A DNA stretch of 61,712 nucleotides, the filler included, from Candidatus Babelota bacterium (GTDB lineage: Bacteria; JAGOBX01): NCBI GenBank assembly GCA_017999075.1. It is 10 parts of 10 records of this genome, joined end to end, with 100 filler letters (N's around TTAATTAATTAA, not from the genome) between each part and the next. Parts side by side here need not be neighbours in the genome. Positions count along the whole stretch, not along the records: positions 1 to 2,954 come from JAGOBX010000523.1; positions 3,055 to 6,005 come from JAGOBX010000524.1; positions 6,106 to 19,599 come from JAGOBX010000041.1; 7 more parts are not named here. One strand, given 5' to 3'. This document shows positions 1 through 12,300 of the stretch, piece by piece. The position numbers were made by a program, and so were the translations under genes. The notes under the pieces were generated by a model. The model was not told the DNA's origin. It did not search any database and worked only from the letters and a program-made list of their open reading frames with translations. Numbering within the stretch: the first letter of the stretch is position 1; each line of letters begins with the position of its first letter.

Positions 1-1
1 T

Positions 2-634
2 ATTGGGGATTATAATATTTCCGAAAAAGATTTTATAGGTTGTCTTAATGGCGAAAGAGAAAGAGGCTGATTTAATAGTGAATAGGCTCTTTTGAGTGTT
101 ATAGATCGCTTGAATTACTATGAATTGAAGGAAACAATACCTTTTGATATGATAAAAAAAATAGGATAAAATTTAGAGGAAAGAAATTCGTGAAGGATTG
201 GAATTTGTTTTATTTAGAAACAATATGTATCCGCTTCAGCACAGAATACTCAATAAATTGAAGCTTTTAAATATGAAATAACTAATCAAAACGATTGTTT
301 TTCGAGTATTATTGTTGAAAAAAATTTAAAAATAGATTTTGTTAACGATATTCCATTTTATTACGGAAGACAAATAGTATTTGATTTTTATCCAAAAACT
401 GACAATATTCAAAATATTTTATCAAATAAATTGACTTGTTTACAAAGCAGAATGCAAGCGAAAGATTTGATTGATATTTGGATTATATGGAGAGAAAATA
501 ACCCGATAGATTTGCGGGAAATGTTTACGGCATCTCAATCAAAAACAGTAGGAATGTATCTGCCGGAAATTGCGCGTTTGATTTCAATTTTTCCGAATCG
601 TGAATTGAATCAAATAAAATTTGTGAAAAAATAA
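2..634 (+). pseudogene. Decayed two-gene AbiEii-like nucleotidyltransferase toxin locus with small upstream partner
   Basis: Frame from 2 reads IGDYNISEKDF..G*FNSE*ALL..RLNYYEL with stops at 68 and 83. From 225, MYPLQHRIL shifts frame into KIDFVNDIP..DNIQNILSNKLTCL..KDLIDIW, which resembles AbiEii/AbiGii motifs; the usual GGTAL segment is not seen. Confidence 0.55.
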
Positions 635-763
635 TATAATGATTTTTTTATTAAAGAATCACCTATATTAGTGGATAGTTTATTATAAATTTAATCCGTT
701 AATTCAATAATTAATAAAATTTTTGTGTTTTGCACTCTGTAAGCATTACTATTAAAAAAAATC

Positions 764-1753
764 ATGTCAAATATAAAAGTAAACTCCAATTTTCATACTT
801 TATCTGAAAAAAGTTTGTTTGATAATCCTGATATAAAATTTCAGGAATACCGCAGAAAATGGAAAGAAAATCCTGAAAAAGGGATTGTGGAAGATTTTCC
901 TTTGTTTCTTGATATCGAAGTTACAAGCGTTTGTAATTTGAAGTGTCCGTTTTGCGCAACTACTTTTCGCGGAAACATAATTGAAAAAGGGTTTATGAAA
1001 ATTGAATTGTTAAAAAAAATTATTGATGAAGGTTCGGAAAAAGGTTTATATGGCTGTAAATTTAATATTCGCGGTGAACCGCTTCTTCATAAAGAAATTG
1101 ATAAATTCGTTGAATATTCTAAAAAAAAGGGTTTGATAGATGTATATTTTAACACAAATGCGCAATTATTAACTTATGATATGTCGTTGAAATTAATAGA
1201 TGCAGGATTAGACAGGATTTCAATTTCAATTGAAAGTTACAAAAAAGAAATTTATGAAAAATATAGATTTCCCGGTAAATTTGATGTTTTATTAAATAAT
1301 ATTGAATCATTGTTAAAAGCAAAAAAAAATAGAAAAGTAGATTTTCCTAAGATAAGAATACAGACAGTTTTAATAAATGAAGTTAAAAATGATCTTGAAA
1401 ATTATAAAAATTTTTGGCAGCAATATTGCGACGAGGTTTCATATCTTGATTATAAGGAAATGAAGGGGAAAAAATACGGAATTAAATCAGATTGGGTATG
1501 TCCTGAATTATGGCAACGTATGGCTGTTTGGTGGGATGGAACAATTTTGCCGTGCAATCATGATGACGAAGGATTATTGAAACTCGGAGATGTTAATACA
1601 GATAAAATAGAAAAATGTTGGGATTCTGATTTGATAAATATAATTCGAAAAAAATATAAATTCGGGTTAGCCCATGAGGTTAAGGCATGTGACGGTTGTT
1701 ATTTGCGCGATAGTGAAATAAATAAACCCCATAAAATTAGGAGAATAGAGTAA
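764..1753 (+). CDS. Radical SAM protein with SPASM/twitch domain
   Basis: CNLKCPFC triad, RGEPLLH, C-terminal CPELW..DGTILPC..CDGC. Confidence 0.9.
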   Translation: MSNIKVNSNFHTLSEKSLFDNPDIKFQEYRRKWKENPEKGIVEDFPLFLDIEVTSVCNLKCPFCATTFRGNIIEKGFMKIELLKKIIDEGSEKGLYGCKFNIRGEPLLHKEIDKFVEYSKKKGLIDVYFNTNAQLLTYDMSLKLIDAGLDRISISIESYKKEIYEKYRFPGKFDVLLNNIESLLKAKKNRKVDFPKIRIQTVLINEVKNDLENYKNFWQQYCDEVSYLDYKEMKGKKYGIKSDWVCPELWQRMAVWWDGTILPCNHDDEGLLKLGDVNTDKIEKCWDSDLINIIRKKYKFGLAHEVKACDGCYLRDSEINKPHKIRRIE

Positions 1754-1756
1754 TTT

Positions 1757-2485
1757 ATGAAAACTGTATTATTAACAGGAGCTACAGGAACAATTGGAAA
1801 ATCAATAATTAAAGCTTTAAATAAAAATGAATATAATATTGCCGGCCAATATTATAGTAATAATTCAGAAACTGAAAAACTGTTGAAAAAATACGATAAT
1901 TTAAAGATGTATAAAGCGGATTTATTGAATAATTTTGAATGTTTGGATTTAGTAGATAAAGTTATAAAAGATTTTTCAAGTATAGATATTCTCATAAATA
2001 ATGCAGGAAATATTTTTGGTGCAGAAAGTTTTTTTAACTTATCAGAAGAAAATTTTGATAAAACCATGAACCTTAATTTTAAATCTCATTTTTTTGTGAC
2101 TCAATCGGTTTACAGACAAATGATAAAAAAAAATAATAATGGCAGAATAATAAGTATAAGCTCAATTTCTGCTAAATATGGTGGAGGACAAAATACATTG
2201 CATTATGGATGCGCTAAAGCAGCGCTTGAATGTTTTACTAAAGGCTTAGCTAAAGAAGCCGCCAAGCATAATATATTAGTGAATTGTATACAACTTGGTT
2301 TTATTGAATCAGAATTGCATAAAAAAATCGGCAGAACAGATGAAGAAATAAAAAAACGGATTTTAATGATTCCTCTTCAACGTTCCGGAAAACCTGAAGA
2401 TGCTGCTAATATGATAGAGTTTTTATGCTCGGCGAAATCTGATTTTATAACAGGTCAGATTTTTACAGTGAGCGGTGGCGATTGA
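1757..2485 (+). CDS. Short-chain dehydrogenase/reductase (FabG-like)
   Basis: TGATGTIG, NNAG and YGCAK (YxxxK) motifs. Confidence 0.9.
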   Translation: MKTVLLTGATGTIGKSIIKALNKNEYNIAGQYYSNNSETEKLLKKYDNLKMYKADLLNNFECLDLVDKVIKDFSSIDILINNAGNIFGAESFFNLSEENFDKTMNLNFKSHFFVTQSVYRQMIKKNNNGRIISISSISAKYGGGQNTLHYGCAKAALECFTKGLAKEAAKHNILVNCIQLGFIESELHKKIGRTDEEIKKRILMIPLQRSGKPEDAANMIEFLCSAKSDFITGQIFTVSGGD

Positions 2486-2511
2486 AATAGTTTTAATAAA
2501 TAAAATATAGT

Positions 2512-2954
2512 ATGAGTAAAATTAAATTGTTTTTTTTATATCCGAATTTTGTAATGCAAAATCCGCCGCCTGTAAGTATTGCATTATTTTATTCTATACT
2601 TAAAAATAAGCAGAATCTTGAAATTAAATTGTTTGACACTACTTTTTATGATATTGAAGCAAAAACATCAGATAAGACAAAAGAAGAACATTTGCAGGTA
2701 AGACCATTTAATTTTAGCGAAAGAAATGTCGGATTAAAATCAGCCAATATATTTGTTGATTTAAAATAAACCGTTTATGAATTTAAACCAGATTTGATTG
2801 CGTTATCCTGTAATGAAATAACATATCAGCTTGGAGTAGAGTTACTTGAAAGCATTGAAGATTTTAAATGTTTAACAATTGCAGGAGGAGTGTTTCCGAC
2901 TTTTGCTCCGGAAAATGTGTTGCAAAACAAATTAATTGATATAGTTTGCATAGG
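2512..2954 (+). pseudogene. N-terminus of a B12-binding radical SAM protein, interrupted by an in-frame TAA and cut by the contig end
   Basis: FLYPN..PPVSIAL..DLK*TVYEFKPDLIALS..IAGGVFPTFAPE..DIVCIG reads in one frame across TAA 2767-2769. Confidence 0.7.
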
Positions 2955-3054
2955 NNNNNNNNNNNNNNNNNNNNNNNNNNNNNNNNNNNNNNNNNNNNTT
3001 AATTAATTAANNNNNNNNNNNNNNNNNNNNNNNNNNNNNNNNNNNNNNNNNNNN
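2955..3054. other. Artificial contig linker (first of nine)
   Basis: N run + TTAATTAATTAA (stops in all six frames) + N run, repeated identically nine times. Confidence 0.98.
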
Positions 3055-3777
3055 TCAGGAATTGATTTTTTAGTTGGAATAAGAAATGACAGGCACGATA
3101 ATTTTGGAAGAGAAACAACTTATAAAACAGCGCTGAATTACACTTACGAAGATTTTTCTTTAAGTCTGAAATCAAGTTACGGCAAAGGATTTAAAGCTCC
3201 TTCACTGTATAATTTATATTCTGCATACGGTTCAGCATCATTACAGCCGGAAATTTCAAACAATTTTGATCTGGCAATTTATAAATATTTCAAAAATGGA
3301 TTATGTTCATTAACATATTTTAATAACAGATTTAAAGAATTAATTGATTTTGATTATACCAACTGGATTTATTACAACGTTAACAGAGCAAAATCTTATG
3401 GTTATGAATTTGAATTCAACTATGATTTTTCAAGCTTTCCGGTGATGGTGGACATTCAATATACTTATATGCAAACTGAAAGCGCAAATGGAAAACAGTT
3501 ATTGTTAAGACCAGAGCACAAAGGAGAAGCCATAATTAATTATGACATTAATAATTTCAAATTTTCTCCATCCTTACGATATGTGGGAAAACGTTATGAT
3601 GTTCCTTACGTGGAAATTCCTTCGCATATCATATTTGATTTTTACTGCAAATATAAAATGAAAAACTGCGCTATTCAATTTCAATTGAATAATATTGCAA
3701 ACAAGCAATATGAAGAAACTGAAGGATATGGAGCTGCAGGAAGAAATTTTGTTATAGGTATGGATTTCAATTTTTAA
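3055..3777 (+). CDS. TonB-dependent receptor C-terminal part, probably BtuB-like
   Basis: Open from the contig edge: GIRNDRHDNFG..SYGKGFKAPSLYNLY..LQPE..NNIANKQYE..GRNF, terminal Phe; lies upstream of cob genes. Confidence 0.8.
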   Translation, partial: SGIDFLVGIRNDRHDNFGRETTYKTALNYTYEDFSLSLKSSYGKGFKAPSLYNLYSAYGSASLQPEISNNFDLAIYKYFKNGLCSLTYFNNRFKELIDFDYTNWIYYNVNRAKSYGYEFEFNYDFSSFPVMVDIQYTYMQTESANGKQLLLRPEHKGEAIINYDINNFKFSPSLRYVGKRYDVPYVEIPSHIIFDFYCKYKMKNCAIQFQLNNIANKQYEETEGYGAAGRNFVIGMDFNF

Positions 3778-3789
3778 TGTATTTTTTTT

Positions 3790-3837
3790 AATTTTATGAG
3801 AAATGCAAAATAAATATTTTTGTGTTTCTCATAAATT
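3790..3837 (+). terminator. Intergenic stem-loop between the receptor gene and cobU
   Basis: TTTATGAGAAATGCAAAA ... TTTTGTGTTTCTCATAAA inverted repeat. Confidence 0.5.
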
Positions 3838-3856
3838 TCACAGGGGGTCGAACTTT

Positions 3857-4363
3857 ATGATTATTCTTGTAACAGGCGGTGTAAAAAGCGGCAAATCAAA
3901 ATTCGCAGAATCTCTGGCCTGTAAATATAACAAGGTTTACTATATTGCCACAAATGTTTTTTTCGATGACGAAATGAAAATTAAAATCGAAACCCATAAA
4001 AAACGCAGACCTGAGAATTGGATTACAATAGAGGAAGGATATGAATTAGAAAAAAAATTGAATAACTCTGAACAAGACTGCTGTTATTTAATTGATTGTA
4101 TAACAGTATATATTTCAAATTTACTGATTAAATCAAACGATTCTGAAAATGTTATAAAAAATATACAGCAGTTAATGAAAACCGTCAGTTCTAAAAATTC
4201 GGTTTTTATTTTTGTAGCTAATGAAATAGGATTATCCGTTATAAACGAAAATCCGCTTGCACGAAAATTCACAGAACTTGCAGGAATAGTAAATCAAATT
4301 ATATCTTCATATTCTGATGAAGTGTATTTTACAATTACAGGAATACCCGTTAAAATAAAATAA
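3857..4363 (+). CDS. cobU: Adenosylcobinamide kinase / phosphate guanylyltransferase
   Basis: LVTGGVKSGKS, HKKRRPENW.TIEE, LIDC, VANEIG motifs. Confidence 0.93.
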   Translation: MIILVTGGVKSGKSKFAESLACKYNKVYYIATNVFFDDEMKIKIETHKKRRPENWITIEEGYELEKKLNNSEQDCCYLIDCITVYISNLLIKSNDSENVIKNIQQLMKTVSSKNSVFIFVANEIGLSVINENPLARKFTELAGIVNQIISSYSDEVYFTITGIPVKIK

Positions 4364-4458
4364 GAAATTCAAATCACTGACTTTTGTCGGGAAAATTTTC
4401 GGATTCAATTTTTATTTTTTATATTTATCATAAAATAAATTTAAACGAGGAACTAAAA

Positions 4459-5469
4459 ATGAACTTAAATGAACAAATTCAATTAAAGCTTGATTCTCTC
4501 ACAAAACCAAAAGATAGTTTGGGAGACCTTGAAAAAATCGCGCTTAAACTCGGTATGATTCAACAAACCGATAAACCTGTTATTAAACAAAAAGGAACTA
4601 TTGTTTTTGCAGCTGATCACGGAGTAGTAAAACATAAAGTAAGCGCTTTTCCAAAAGAAGTAACTGTTCAAATGGTTTTGAATTTTTTAAATAACGGCGC
4701 TGCTATAAATGTTTTATCAAATTTTGTTAATTCAAAAGTTTTCGTAGTGGATTCTGGTGTCGATTATGATTTTGATGAAAAATGCGGAGTCATAAAAAAC
4801 AAAATTATGAAAGGTACAGGTGATATTTATCTTGATAAAGCCATGAGTTTAGAGCAAGCCAAAAAAAATGTTGAATTAGGAAAAAATCTTGTATTAAAAT
4901 TGATTTCAGAGCATAATCTTGATTTGATAACATTAGGAGAAATGGGTATTGGAAACACAACTCCTGCAACAGCTATAATAGGAATTATTTGCGGACTTGA
5001 TTCTGATAAAATAACCGGCAGAGGAACAGGGATTAACAATGAATCCCTTCGGATAAAAGAAAAAATCATTTCATCTGTTATTAAAAAACTTTCAGGTCAA
5101 AATGATCCTTTTATAATTTTAAGCGAAACTGGCGGACTTGAAATAGCTCAGATGGCAGGAGCTATTATAGCATGTTATGAAAAGAAAATTCCTGTCGTAA
5201 TAGACGGTTTGATATGTACCGGCGCTGCGTTAATAAGTTATTTGATTAATAATAAAACTCCTGATTATATGTTTGCAGGTCATAAATCTTTTGAACCAGG
5301 ACATATTTTTGCCTTGAAAAAACTCGGATTAAAGCCTATACTTGATCTTGATATGAGACTGGGCGAAGGTACAGGCGCTGTTTTAGCGATGAATATAATT
5401 GAAGCCTCAACAAGAATTATAAATGAAATGGCTACTTTCGACACAGCAGGAGTAAGTAAAAAAATATGA
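4459..5469 (+). CDS. cobT: Nicotinate-nucleotide-dimethylbenzimidazole phosphoribosyltransferase
   Basis: LTKP..SLG.LE, FAADHGV, GEMGIGNTT, MRLGEGTGA; GAGG RBS before ATG 4459. Confidence 0.95.
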   Translation: MNLNEQIQLKLDSLTKPKDSLGDLEKIALKLGMIQQTDKPVIKQKGTIVFAADHGVVKHKVSAFPKEVTVQMVLNFLNNGAAINVLSNFVNSKVFVVDSGVDYDFDEKCGVIKNKIMKGTGDIYLDKAMSLEQAKKNVELGKNLVLKLISEHNLDLITLGEMGIGNTTPATAIIGIICGLDSDKITGRGTGINNESLRIKEKIISSVIKKLSGQNDPFIILSETGGLEIAQMAGAIIACYEKKIPVVIDGLICTGAALISYLINNKTPDYMFAGHKSFEPGHIFALKKLGLKPILDLDMRLGEGTGAVLAMNIIEASTRIINEMATFDTAGVSKKI

Positions 5470-6005
5470 AATTAAAAGAATGGATAGAATCAATAAAACT
5501 CGCTTTATCATTTTTAACCATAATTCCATTTAAATCAGATTATTCTCCAAGCATATTAAGAAAATCATTGTATTTTTTTTCACTTTCCGGAATAGCGACA
5601 GGCTGCATAATGTTCTTTGCTGCTAAAATTGCATCCATATTCAATCCCATAAATTTTTTCCTATACGCCTCGATTATTTTATTGGCAGAATATTTAACAT
5701 CAAATTTTTTTCATATTGACGGATATTGCGATTGTTCAGATGCTCTATATTTTACTAAACAGGGAAAAGATAAGCATAAAATTTTAAAAGATCCGCATAT
5801 AGGAATGTATGCGGCAAGTCTCCTGTTTTTTCTGTTTATTATAAAAATCGGACTAATGATTTCCGTTGTTCAAAATAATTATTTAAAATTACTTTTATTA
5901 TATCCTGTATCAGGTTATATCCCTGCATTTATCCAGACGCTTTTTTTTAAACCAATGTTTGAAGAAGGATTGGGAAACAGTTTAAAAAAAGAAATTTCTT
6001 TCAAA
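5466..6005 (+). CDS. cobS: Adenosylcobinamide-GDP ribazoletransferase (truncated by contig end)
   Basis: ALSFLTIIP, FHIDG..D..DA, ILKDPHIG motifs; hydrophobic; follows cobT. Confidence 0.88.
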
Positions 6006-6396
6006 NNNNNNNNNNNNNNNNNNNNNNNNNNNNNNNNNNNNNNNNNNNNTTAATTAATTAANNNNNNNNNNNNNNNNNNNNNNNNNNNNNNNNNNNNNNN
6101 NNNNNTTATTTTTTAAAATGTTATTAATTTTTGCAGAATTTTTTTTTTATTTTCTGCGACAAAATGAAATAATTATCGGAAAATTTGGTATGTCAAAAAT
6201 TTATAAAAACTTCATTCTTATATTGTATGTTTTAAATTTTTTGAAATTGATAATAAAAATCCTTATTTTATTACAGTATTGTTTAAAAATAACCACTTGC
6301 TTTTTTTTATTAATAAAATTATATTAAAGTGTTTATTTAATTGGCAAAAATTAAATAATTCTCCCAAAAAATATAAAAAGGCAGTAGGTAAAACAT

Positions 6397-9300
6397 ATGA
6401 TAAATTATAAACCGACCTTTATGAGATTTTTTTTAATAATTATTTTAATTTTATTTAATTTTTCAGTACTTATTTTTGCAGACACTATACAAATCAATAA
6501 AAATACAGATATTTCTACTGGAAAAATTTATGGAGGAAATGTTAATTTTGTAGTAATGTCGCTGAATTTAACTTTGAGCGGAGGTTCTGCTGTAGCAGAC
6601 ACAATCACTCAATTTGCCATAAAAAATAACGGAACAATGGTTAATTCCACAGATGTATCAAAACTTAGTTTGTGGTATGACGCAGGAACAACAAATTACT
6701 GGGATGCCGGCGACACTAAAATCGGGGACTTATCGTGGAATGGGGTTTCGTCAATGTGGGATACTGCAAACTGTGCAATTCCGCTTTTCCCTTCAGTTAC
6801 AACTAAAATTATAATAACAATAACAATAGATACCAATTCTGTAATAGGCAGAACTTTTAATGCACAGATTCCGAAAGAAATGATTGTATGCTTGTCAGGA
6901 GACACAGGTCCGGCGTCTAATTTAATTAATTCCGGAACTCAAACCGTATCGCTTTTGCAGCTTGAAATGGAAAAGCTTGAGGATATAGCTTCAGGATATA
7001 TTTATCCGAGTTCTGCAAACAATACAGTAATGGCTTTGTCAATATCAGGCGCTGCGAATGTTACTGATACAGTAGTGTTATTTTCATTGAAAAATCTTGG
7101 GAATATGGATAACAACGATGTGGATACTGTATCATTATGGTATGATTCAAACGGTAATAACCAATGGAATTCAGGAGATGTTTATATAAACAGTTTAACA
7201 TGGCAGGGTTCAGGAGTATGGAGTTCAAACTCGGTTAATATTGTTATGACCAGCGGATCAGCCAAGGTTTTAGTAACAGTAACAATGAAATCAGGGTTGA
7301 CTGTAGGAGATACTCTTCAATTGCAGATAATAACAGGCAGCTGTTCTGCATCAATCGCAGGAACAGGACCTGTAACATCAATAACAAACAGCGGAATAAA
7401 AACAGCATCGGCAGGGAAAAAATGGACTTTTATGGTATATTTGGATGGAGATAACAATCTTGAGGAAGATGGTGTAACAGATTTTACTGAAATGGCTTCG
7501 GTTGGTTCAAACGATGATTTTAACATTGTAGTTCAATTTGACAGAATTACAGGTTACAGCACTCTTCACGGTGACTGGAAAAATACGCAGAGGTTTTATG
7601 TTACTGCGGGAATGGATCCTACTACTGCAAATGCAATATCTGACTGGGGTGATGGCTCCGGCGGCGGTAGAGAAGTAAATATGGCTGATACTCAGGTGTT
7701 CGTGGACTTTTTGAATTGGACAAAAAACAATTATCCTGCTGACAGTTATGTTCTGGTTATGTGGAACCATGGAGGCGGCTGGAGAAGCAGAAGCGCAGGT
7801 TCATCTCAAAGAAATAAAGCTGTAGTTTGGGATGAATCCACTGCCGGTGAACCTAGAATAAGAATGTCTGATATGCGGCGGGCTATTGAACAAACAGGGA
7901 TGAAATTTGACATAATCGGGTTTGACGTATGTCTGGCAGGTATGATTGAAGTTGCTTATGAACTGAAAGATTTGGCTAAAGTAGTAGTTGCATCTCCGCT
8001 AACAGAACCTGGCGGCGGTTGGCCTTATACAGAAATTCTTACTTATTTGAAAAATAATCCGACAACTACATCAGCGGCATTTGGTTCTACTATAGTTGAT
8101 GAATATAATAACAGTTATCCTAGCGGACCTGTAACTCAATCCGCTTACAATATAGGAAATATTAATACGTTTACTGCCTTAATAGATGATTTTTCAGAAA
8201 AATTAATGGCTGCTAATATATGGGCTGATATAAAAACTCAGAGAACTGCTATGGTAGAATCATCTGATCCGATAACAGGGACGCTTGGTGAAATGGACGA
8301 TGGCGACGATGGAACCAACAGTGCGAATACGGGTATTGATTTAAAAGCTTTTGCAGCTGCTTTATCAGGTAAAGAAGCCAATTTGACAACTTCAATCACA
8401 AATTTATCTAATGGTTTTTCAAATTTTATAATTAATTTTAAAAGCAGAGATACAAGCAATCATAATGGTCTGGCAATATTTTTTCCCCGGTTGATAAATA
8501 ATCCTACACATAAATATTCTATGAAATTCGGACAGGCATCTAAATGGGATGAATTTTTGAGAATGTATTGGTCTAACGAAACAGGAAAGGGACCGTATAA
8601 TTTATCAATGACTCCATTATCTGATTCAAGTATAACCGGAAATTATTATGTTGGATGGTCAGGAGCAAAAGACGCTAATGGCATAAACAAATATAGACTA
8701 AAAGAATATAAGGATGCTCAGATACTTTTTATTGATAATGCTGAAAACGGGTTGAGCGGCTGGACAAATACAGGATTTTCAGTAACTGACAGGTATAAAA
8801 ACAGCGGAACATATTCTTTTGCTTCAGGAGAAGGATATTCAACAACCAAAAAAATCACAAAATCAATTTCTTTACCGGCAGGTAAGAATTATTTATTGAC
8901 TTACTGGATTTATAATGATGCTGGCGGAGATGCGGTGTCAGTAAAAGTGAACAGTTCGTCAAAAAAATCATATTCGGTAAATACTATTTCAGAACCGTTA
9001 GAAACTGTTGATTTATCAAGTTATGCGGGACAGACTATTACTCTTGAATTTTCTGTGGTGTTTGATAATTCGCTTGGTTGGGATGGCGAAGGCGTTTTTA
9101 TAGACGATATAAATATATGGTCATATGTAAGCGTTTCAACTGTTGCTGATACGATAAGTTCTGCTTCTGACAGTATTTATTTGACAGGAAAAACTCCTGA
9201 TGCGTATATGTATACAATCGCAGCATCTGACGGAACTAACTGGAGTAATGAATATGGTTTTGATACAACTGTGGTAGTAGGACTGAATATAGATACTCTT

Positions 9301-12300
9301 GGAATTATTGTTTCAGATAGTATTATGCGCACTCAACAGAATATAACTGTTTCAGGAGTTTCTGTAAAAACAGGATTATCATCAGATGTATTAACAAAAT
9401 TTTCTGTAAAAAATTTAGGAAGTGTAAGCAGTTCTGATATTGATAATATGAAACTTTGGTTTGATTCCGATAATAATAGTCAGTATTCCACAGGCGATAC
9501 ATATATAGGTATTTTATCATGGAATGCAGGTTTATCTCAATGGGATACTCAATCAGCAGTTATACGATTGGTTTCAGGCTCTGCTAATTTGATTGTAACA
9601 ATAGATGTAAATTCAATTGCAGATGTTGGAGAAACTTTTCAGGCGCAGGTTCCTGTTAATGGAATAACATCTCAAAGTTTGGGAGACGGACCTTCAACTG
9701 TAAAAACAGAAAAAGCTGTAAAAACAGTTATAAACCTTAATTTTTCTTTAACTAAAATGTATGATGCTCCTACGGCAAAAATATTGCCAGGAGCTCAGAA
9801 CGTAACTGTTTTAAGCGTTAGGGCAACTGGAAGCAATCCTGTTGATACTATAACTCAGTTTGCTTTAAAAAATATTGGAAATATGAATAATGTTCAAATC
9901 GACAGCGTAGCTTTATGGTTTGATGCCAATGGAAATCTTACATATGATGCTGCTGATACATATATAGGGTTGCTTGGATGGAATGCAGGATTGTCTTGCT
10001 GGGATACAGGAATATCCGGAACAAGCAAGATTGTTCTGACTTCAGGAGCAGCAAATATAATAGTAACGATTTGCGTTGATACTCCAGCAGCGGTTCAGGG
10101 AGATTCATTTCAGGCAAATATAGAAATAAACTGCTGTACTGCTGAATTGTCGGGGTTCGGACCTTCAACAGCAATATTGAATTCAGGAATAAAAACTGTA
10201 TCTACAGGAAAAGCATGGACTTTTATGGTTTATATGGATGCGGATAATGATTTGGAACCTTCTATATTGGCAGATCTTGTTGAAATGTATTCAGTAGGGT
10301 CCAACGATGATTTGAATATAGTAGCGCAGATGGATAGAATAACAGGATATGACGGCACTTCAGGAGATTGGATTAACACTCAAAGATTTTATGTTACCTC
10401 AGGATTAACCCCCACAACAGAAAATGCAATATCTGACTGGGGCGATGGATCTGGAGGACGTGAAGTTAATATGGCTGATTCAATGGTAATGGTGGATTTT
10501 GTCAATTGGGCAATATCAAATTATCCTGCGGAAAAATATGCACTGGTAGTATCTAATCACGGAGGCGGCTGGAGATCTAAAAGATCGGCCGCAGACAAAT
10601 CTTCTAAAACAAGAGCATTGATTTGGGATGATTCTGCTGATGGAGCTCCTGGCATGAAAATGCCGGATTTCCGTAGAGCTCTTGAAAAAATCGGGAAAAA
10701 ATTTGATTTGATAGGATTTGATGTCTGCCTTGCAGGAATGGCGGAAGTAGCATACGAAATAAAAGATTATGCAGAAGTTATAGTGGCTTCACAGAGAACT
10801 GAACCTGGAAGCGGTTATCCGTATGACGCTATTCTGACAACATTGAAGACAAATGCTCAAACATATACAGCAGAACAATTAGGAACGCTGATAGTAGATG
10901 AATATTATAACAGCACTTCAGGAGATAATTCTACTCAGGCTGCTTACAGAACCAGCAGAATGAGTAATTTAAAAACTGCTATAGATAATTTTGCTGATGC
11001 AATATGCTCTGCTAACATATGGTCAGAAATAAGAACTGCAAGAGAAACAATAGCAAGCAATGCTAACGGTGAAAATGAAGAAATGGATGATGGAGATGAT
11101 GATGGAGATAATTCAGGAATAGATTTATATCATTTTGCTGAATTATTGTCTGCTACATCAAATGCAGGAGTTAATTCTGCTGCATCAAATTTAAAAAATG
11201 AGATATCACAATTTCTGATTCGTTTTAAAAAACATTATACAACATCTGATTATGCTAATCCTGGTCCTGACTGGAACGGTATAGCGATATTTTTACCGAA
11301 TGAGAATTATAATCCTGTTCACGATAAAGCTATTGCTTTCGGAAGAGACAGTTCTTGGACAAAATTTTTGAGATATTATAGAACATCTATGGATGGCAGC
11401 GGAGCAGGAGAACCAATAGAATTGATAATGAATCCGATTCAGGATTTAGTTGCTGACGCTGCTGTAACTGTAGAATGGTATTCTGCATACGATGGAAATG
11501 GATTATTGAATTACAGATTGACACAGTTTAAAGGTGTTGATTTGCTGTTTTCAGAAAATTTTGAAAACGGGATAGGAAACTGGACAAATTCAGGATTCGG
11601 ATTAACAACGCTTTATAAAATGAGCGGAAGTTCATATTCGTTGTCTTCTGGAACAGGATATAATACTGACAATTCAATAACACTGACAAACTCAATTTCT
11701 TTACCTGCCGGAAAAAATATAATGCTGACATATTGGAACTACAATGATTTTGCATATGATGGAAGTAATTTTTATGATAGCGGAACCATACAGGTTAGCA
11801 CTGATAATGGCGCAAGCTGGACAGGTGTTAAAAGTATAGTAACAGGGAAATATGTTTCAGAAGATTATGATGCCGTTGATATAAGCGCCTATTCAGGACA
11901 GAATATAAAAGTAAAAATAGTTTTTAAAACAGATAATGTTTTGGGTTGGGATGGAGAAGGAATGTTCCTGGATGATATAAAAATTTGGAGTTATACGGAC
12001 AAAACTACAGTTGCTGACACTATAGGGAATGGAACTCTTTTATTTACTGTTACAGATCTGAGCAATGATACATATATGTTTACTCTTGAAGCAGAAGATG
12101 TAAATAATAATATGTCTAATCCTGTGGGATATGATACTGTAGTGGTATTAGTAGCGTTAGATACACCGATTATAAACAGTGTTTTGATAAACAATCATAC
12201 TGGAGGAATATATGCAATAGATTCGCCTGTGATAACTGCTGATTCCAGCACAAATTCAGGTACAGTATATTTTAACGGAAATACATCAAATACATTGAAA

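Noticed and set aside
2-2769. Stop-codon reassignment suggested by in-frame TGA (68), TAG (83) and TAA (2767)
   Set aside because: Long genes use TGG for Trp and end normally at TAA, TAG and TGA; these are isolated lesions.
6118-6327. 69-aa hydrophobic ORF upstream of the giant gene
   Set aside because: Low-complexity AT-rich intergenic DNA with no RBS or motif.
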